Source of the DNA: Neoechinorhynchus agilis
Lineage: Eukaryota; Animalia; Acanthocephala
Length of the DNA: 64,000 nucleotides
Direction: 5' to 3'
NCBI GenBank assembly: GCA_051530055.1
Contig: CM121341.1
Coordinates: forward strand, 2,842,151 to 2,906,150
Shown piece after piece: positions 60,906-64,000 of this stretch. Under the pieces are notes generated by a model. It was not told the origin of the DNA. It did not search any database and saw only the letters and a list, made by a program, of their open reading frames with translations. The position numbers and the translations under genes are program-made. The first letter of the stretch is position 1. Each line of letters begins with the position of its first letter.

Positions 60906-61697
60906 TCACTTATCGCCGATAATCCGCCGAACACAATCAATGGCGTAATTTCCGTTATTTTGGATAATTCCAGATCTCAGCAATGCCTCGTTTTCTTCAT
61001 GAGAAACCACAATAGCGTACTCGCCGGCCAAAGTTCTGTATAAGACAATTGCCGGTTCTGATACCTTGAGAACTCGACCATCTTTTAAAATGACATTACC
61101 AGTAGCCACTTGATTCTTAACTTCAAGTATAAAAGTCTGTCTTTGTTTTGAAGTGATCATCGATGGAGAGCAATAGTTCGATGGGGTCTTCGGTTGACCC
61201 AGCCTGGACTGTCTATGACCGATTTTTCTATTAGTCATCGATGACGCCACGATTGCATTTATTCGATAGGATTAATATAACAAGAATCATCATTAATCCA
61301 ATCTTGATTTTATATGCTTACTTATTTCGGTATTGATTCTACTACTTATTGGTGTTTTCTTCACTGGAGTAACAAGTGCACTGAAGAGTGGAACAAACGG
61401 CTTAAGATCAATGGCATTTGTACCGCGATTGATTCGATTATTGTCACAAAACACTCTATGGCCGTATAAATGTTCAACTGACTTCTTATACAATTGGAAT
61501 TGAAGTCTAAAATGCCTTTCCTTCTTGTTGAATTGAATGTCGATTGTGTTCAAAAATGTACGAAGTTTCCGTTTGGATTGCGCCTTTATTGTCGTCAATG
61601 AAACGGTTTGTTGCATTTCTCCTCTCGCCTGCGAACGAGTAGTTGGCATCTTGCGGATTCTACAAAAAAACGTTAAACTTTTGAGAATTTTTACCAC
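60906..61697 (-). CDS. Hypothetical protein (two adjacent open frames, possibly exons of one gene)
   Basis: ORFs 61293-61697 (internal MPTTRSQ) and 60906-61250; no recognised domain. Confidence 0.3.
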
Positions 61698-61967
61698 ATA
61701 TACAAATTAATCGATTCAAAGCTTCAATTCTGTTAAGCTAACACACAGAGTGAATTTGTAAAATATAATAAAATTTTTCTTTCCAATAAACAATCCGAAA
61801 AACGTTATTGAATCGTACATCAGAAACATACCCACCGGCGACCAATGTCCAATTGTTTTCTACAGTCCTTCCAGATCGATAGCGCGGGTTTAATTAACCG
61901 GTAAACTTAACGGAAAATGACGTCAATCTGTGACGAATGATTATCCGGGAAAAACAATTAAATTCTC

Positions 61968-62960
61968 GGTACCTCATTTGGTCCGAAAGAGGAGTACAGC
62001 AGGGAGGCCCTCTCGGTCCAATCGCATTCTCCCTAACAGTAAATCCAATAGCGCATTCTCTCCATTGCAGCTTCAACGCTTGGTACTTGGTTGACGCTAC
62101 GCTCGGAGGTGACCCTCCGTTGTACTGCGCGATTTGGAGACGCTGATTAGGGAGACCTCGAAGATGGGCATTGAGCTCAATGCTGGAAAATGTGAGCTCC
62201 TTGTATTGAATATTGGAGACGCCGCTAAAGTCAAAGAATTAATGGCTGGGTTCGAGGCCGTAGCTCCAGGTCTGAAACTCATGACTCCAGAGCAACTAAG
62301 CCTCCTGGGTAGTTGCGTCTTTGTTAAAATGTGGAAGATGAGATCGGCCGTATCATACCGAAACTTTCGTTGCTGGGCGATAGTGTGAACGGAGACAAAA
62401 CTTTTCCCTCGGAATTTTCTTCGCTATCGGTTGACTTCCCTCAAACGATCCAAGAAAGTCTGACAAGGCAAGGTCTACTAGCGCCTGAATGCCCAATCCC
62501 CTAGATTACACAGGCAATGAAGCTTGTCGCCACGCCTCATCTGAGAGCTGGACCGTTAAAATACGCTGGAGAGAAGCCCTCACCTTGCCGTCGAGCTTAG
62601 CCAATCCTTCCTTATGTTTGAAGAATATTGCTGTGCGGACCTTATATAACGATTTCGGGATAAAGAGTGCGTTCTTTATCAGAAATAACGCTTCGTGAGC
62701 TGAGAGAGCGCTCACCCTATCGCACAGCAACGAAAGTTTCGGTATGATATGGCCGATCTCATCTTCCACATTTGAATCGAAGACGCAACTACCCAGGAGG
62801 CTGAGTTTTTCCCGAGTCACGAGTTTCAGGCCTGGAGCTACGGCCTCGAACCCAGCCATTAGTTCTTTGACTTTGGCGGCGTATCCAATATTCAATACAA
62901 GGAGCTCATATTTTCCAGCATCGAGCTCAATGCCCATTCTCGAGATCTCCCTAATCTGGC
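61968..62960. mobile_element. Two CRE-like RT fragments in opposite orientation
   Basis: Plus strand: ERGVQQGGPLGPIAF, NAWYLVDATLGG, MGIELNAGKCEL. Minus strand: MGIELDAGKYEL...AWRQASLPV..GGLGI. Arms 62145-62388 and 62712-62956 are inverted copies. Confidence 0.85.
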
Positions 62961-63090
62961 TTGTGATTGAATGAAGATGAAAAAGAAAGAGGATTCTCGA
63001 TGGTAAGATCTTTGTATTGAATAAAATATAATATTGTGAATTTTCTAAACAAAACATATTTTTTTCGAACATACATAATTTATAGTTTCA

Positions 63091-63214
63091 TCAGCGCTCC
63101 CATTCATCGGCGCTGGCCAAAATGCTAGCCGCATTGCCCCGCTGCACCGCAATGCTTATTTTTTGCGCCAAGAACGACGTCGATCTTGGCTCTCCAGTCG
63201 CTGCGTAGATTCGT
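63091..63214 (-). mobile_element. CRE-like 3' end fragment
   Basis: RIYAATGEPRSTSFLAQKISIAVQRGNAASILASADEWER*. Confidence 0.85.
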
Positions 63215-63434
63215 AAATAAAATAACCGTTTTTTGAAGTCATTCAGTAGACTATTTACCGTGAAATATCGAGAGAAGAAGATTTGGGATGCATCGAAAAC
63301 TTTCTTTGGCTTGTCATTGAACGAAGATGAAAAAAGGAGAGAATTCTCGATGGTAAATTTTTTTGAAAAAATATACAAAATCTAAGACGAAGATTTACTT
63401 GTCATGTAGATACAGATTCGAAGGCCTCAAGCAT

Positions 63435-64000
63435 CTAAGAACAACAAATGCATTCAATCCGGGAAAAGCAATTAAATTCTCTGTTTAAAGTGCCATCATC
63501 AAGAGAATGGATCCTTAGGATTCCTTCCAAGCCGCCACTGACGACATATCGATCCTTCCAAATACTCAAAGCCCGGATACTCCCAGCGGCTCCTTTAAAA
63601 GATCGTTTTGGTTGTTTCGTGAATCGAAGGTCGAGCTCAAAGACACGTCCAGTCCCCGTGCCAATCAATATTCGATCGAATTGGCCAACGGAAAACAGGG
63701 ATCGAGCAAAAGACACTTCGGGCAATCGAATGACGGGTTTCTCGCTTTCAATCGAATAAACTAACAGTCCTCCTGAACTGAGAGCAACGGTTAACAGTTT
63801 CTCAGAATTGGTAAGATCGACAATTTCGGATTGAGTTGAACGGGACGAATAGCTCATTGTTGAAGATTCCATGTCCCAAACGCGTAATCGATCACTGGCG
63901 ATCGCTAACTGATTATTGGATATTTGCTTCATTTTCCTAATGTTCGAGCCGTCATTGAATCCGTTTAGAGGTTCTCCTTTAAAGAAGAGATCGTTAATTC
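63435..64000 (-). CDS. WDR74: Inverted near-identical copy of the WDR74-like gene (5' part outside the window)
   Basis: 63215-64000 is the reverse complement of 31791-32574 with few differences (e.g. RALNIW vs RALSIW). Confidence 0.8.
   Translation of the reverse strand, partial: INDLFFKGEPLNGFNDGSNIRKMKQISNNQLAIASDRLRVWDMESSTMSYSSRSTQSEIVDLTNSEKLLTVALSSGGLLVYSIESEKPVIRLPEVSFARSLFSVGQFDRILIGTGTGRVFELDLRFTKQPKRSFKGAAGSIRALSIWKDRYVVSGGLEGILRIHSLDDGTLNREFNCFSRIECICCS

Overview
Gene-dense, AT-rich window from a compact animal genome. Most introns are about 40-70 nt, and the taxon cannot be determined from the sequence alone. Host genes: NSUN5-like RNA methyltransferase, a neurexin-IV/CASPR-like receptor, a two-domain small heat-shock protein with HSE-like promoter, a divergent FoxO-like gene, GPN2, WDR74-like (plus a near-identical inverted copy at the window end), an SLC37A transporter, ERCC4/XPF and a long acidic 74-aa-repeat protein. 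Between them lie fragments of many retroelement clades: CRE-like, CR1/L2-like, RTE, two Penelope-like elements, Gypsy and a degenerate LINE. Most notable: (i) two satellite arrays (396 bp and 314 bp) built from the 3' ends of two unrelated non-LTR retrotransposons; (ii) several minimal type-I hammerhead ribozyme cores; (iii) a CRE-RT/Penelope-RT junction that falls inside the same conserved RT motif; (iv) a 175-bp array filling an XPF intron whose last unit is open and in frame with XPF; (v) a FoxO-like gene with a substituted recognition helix between 458-bp direct repeats. All calls come from reading and motif recall; no searches were run, and element boundaries are approximate.
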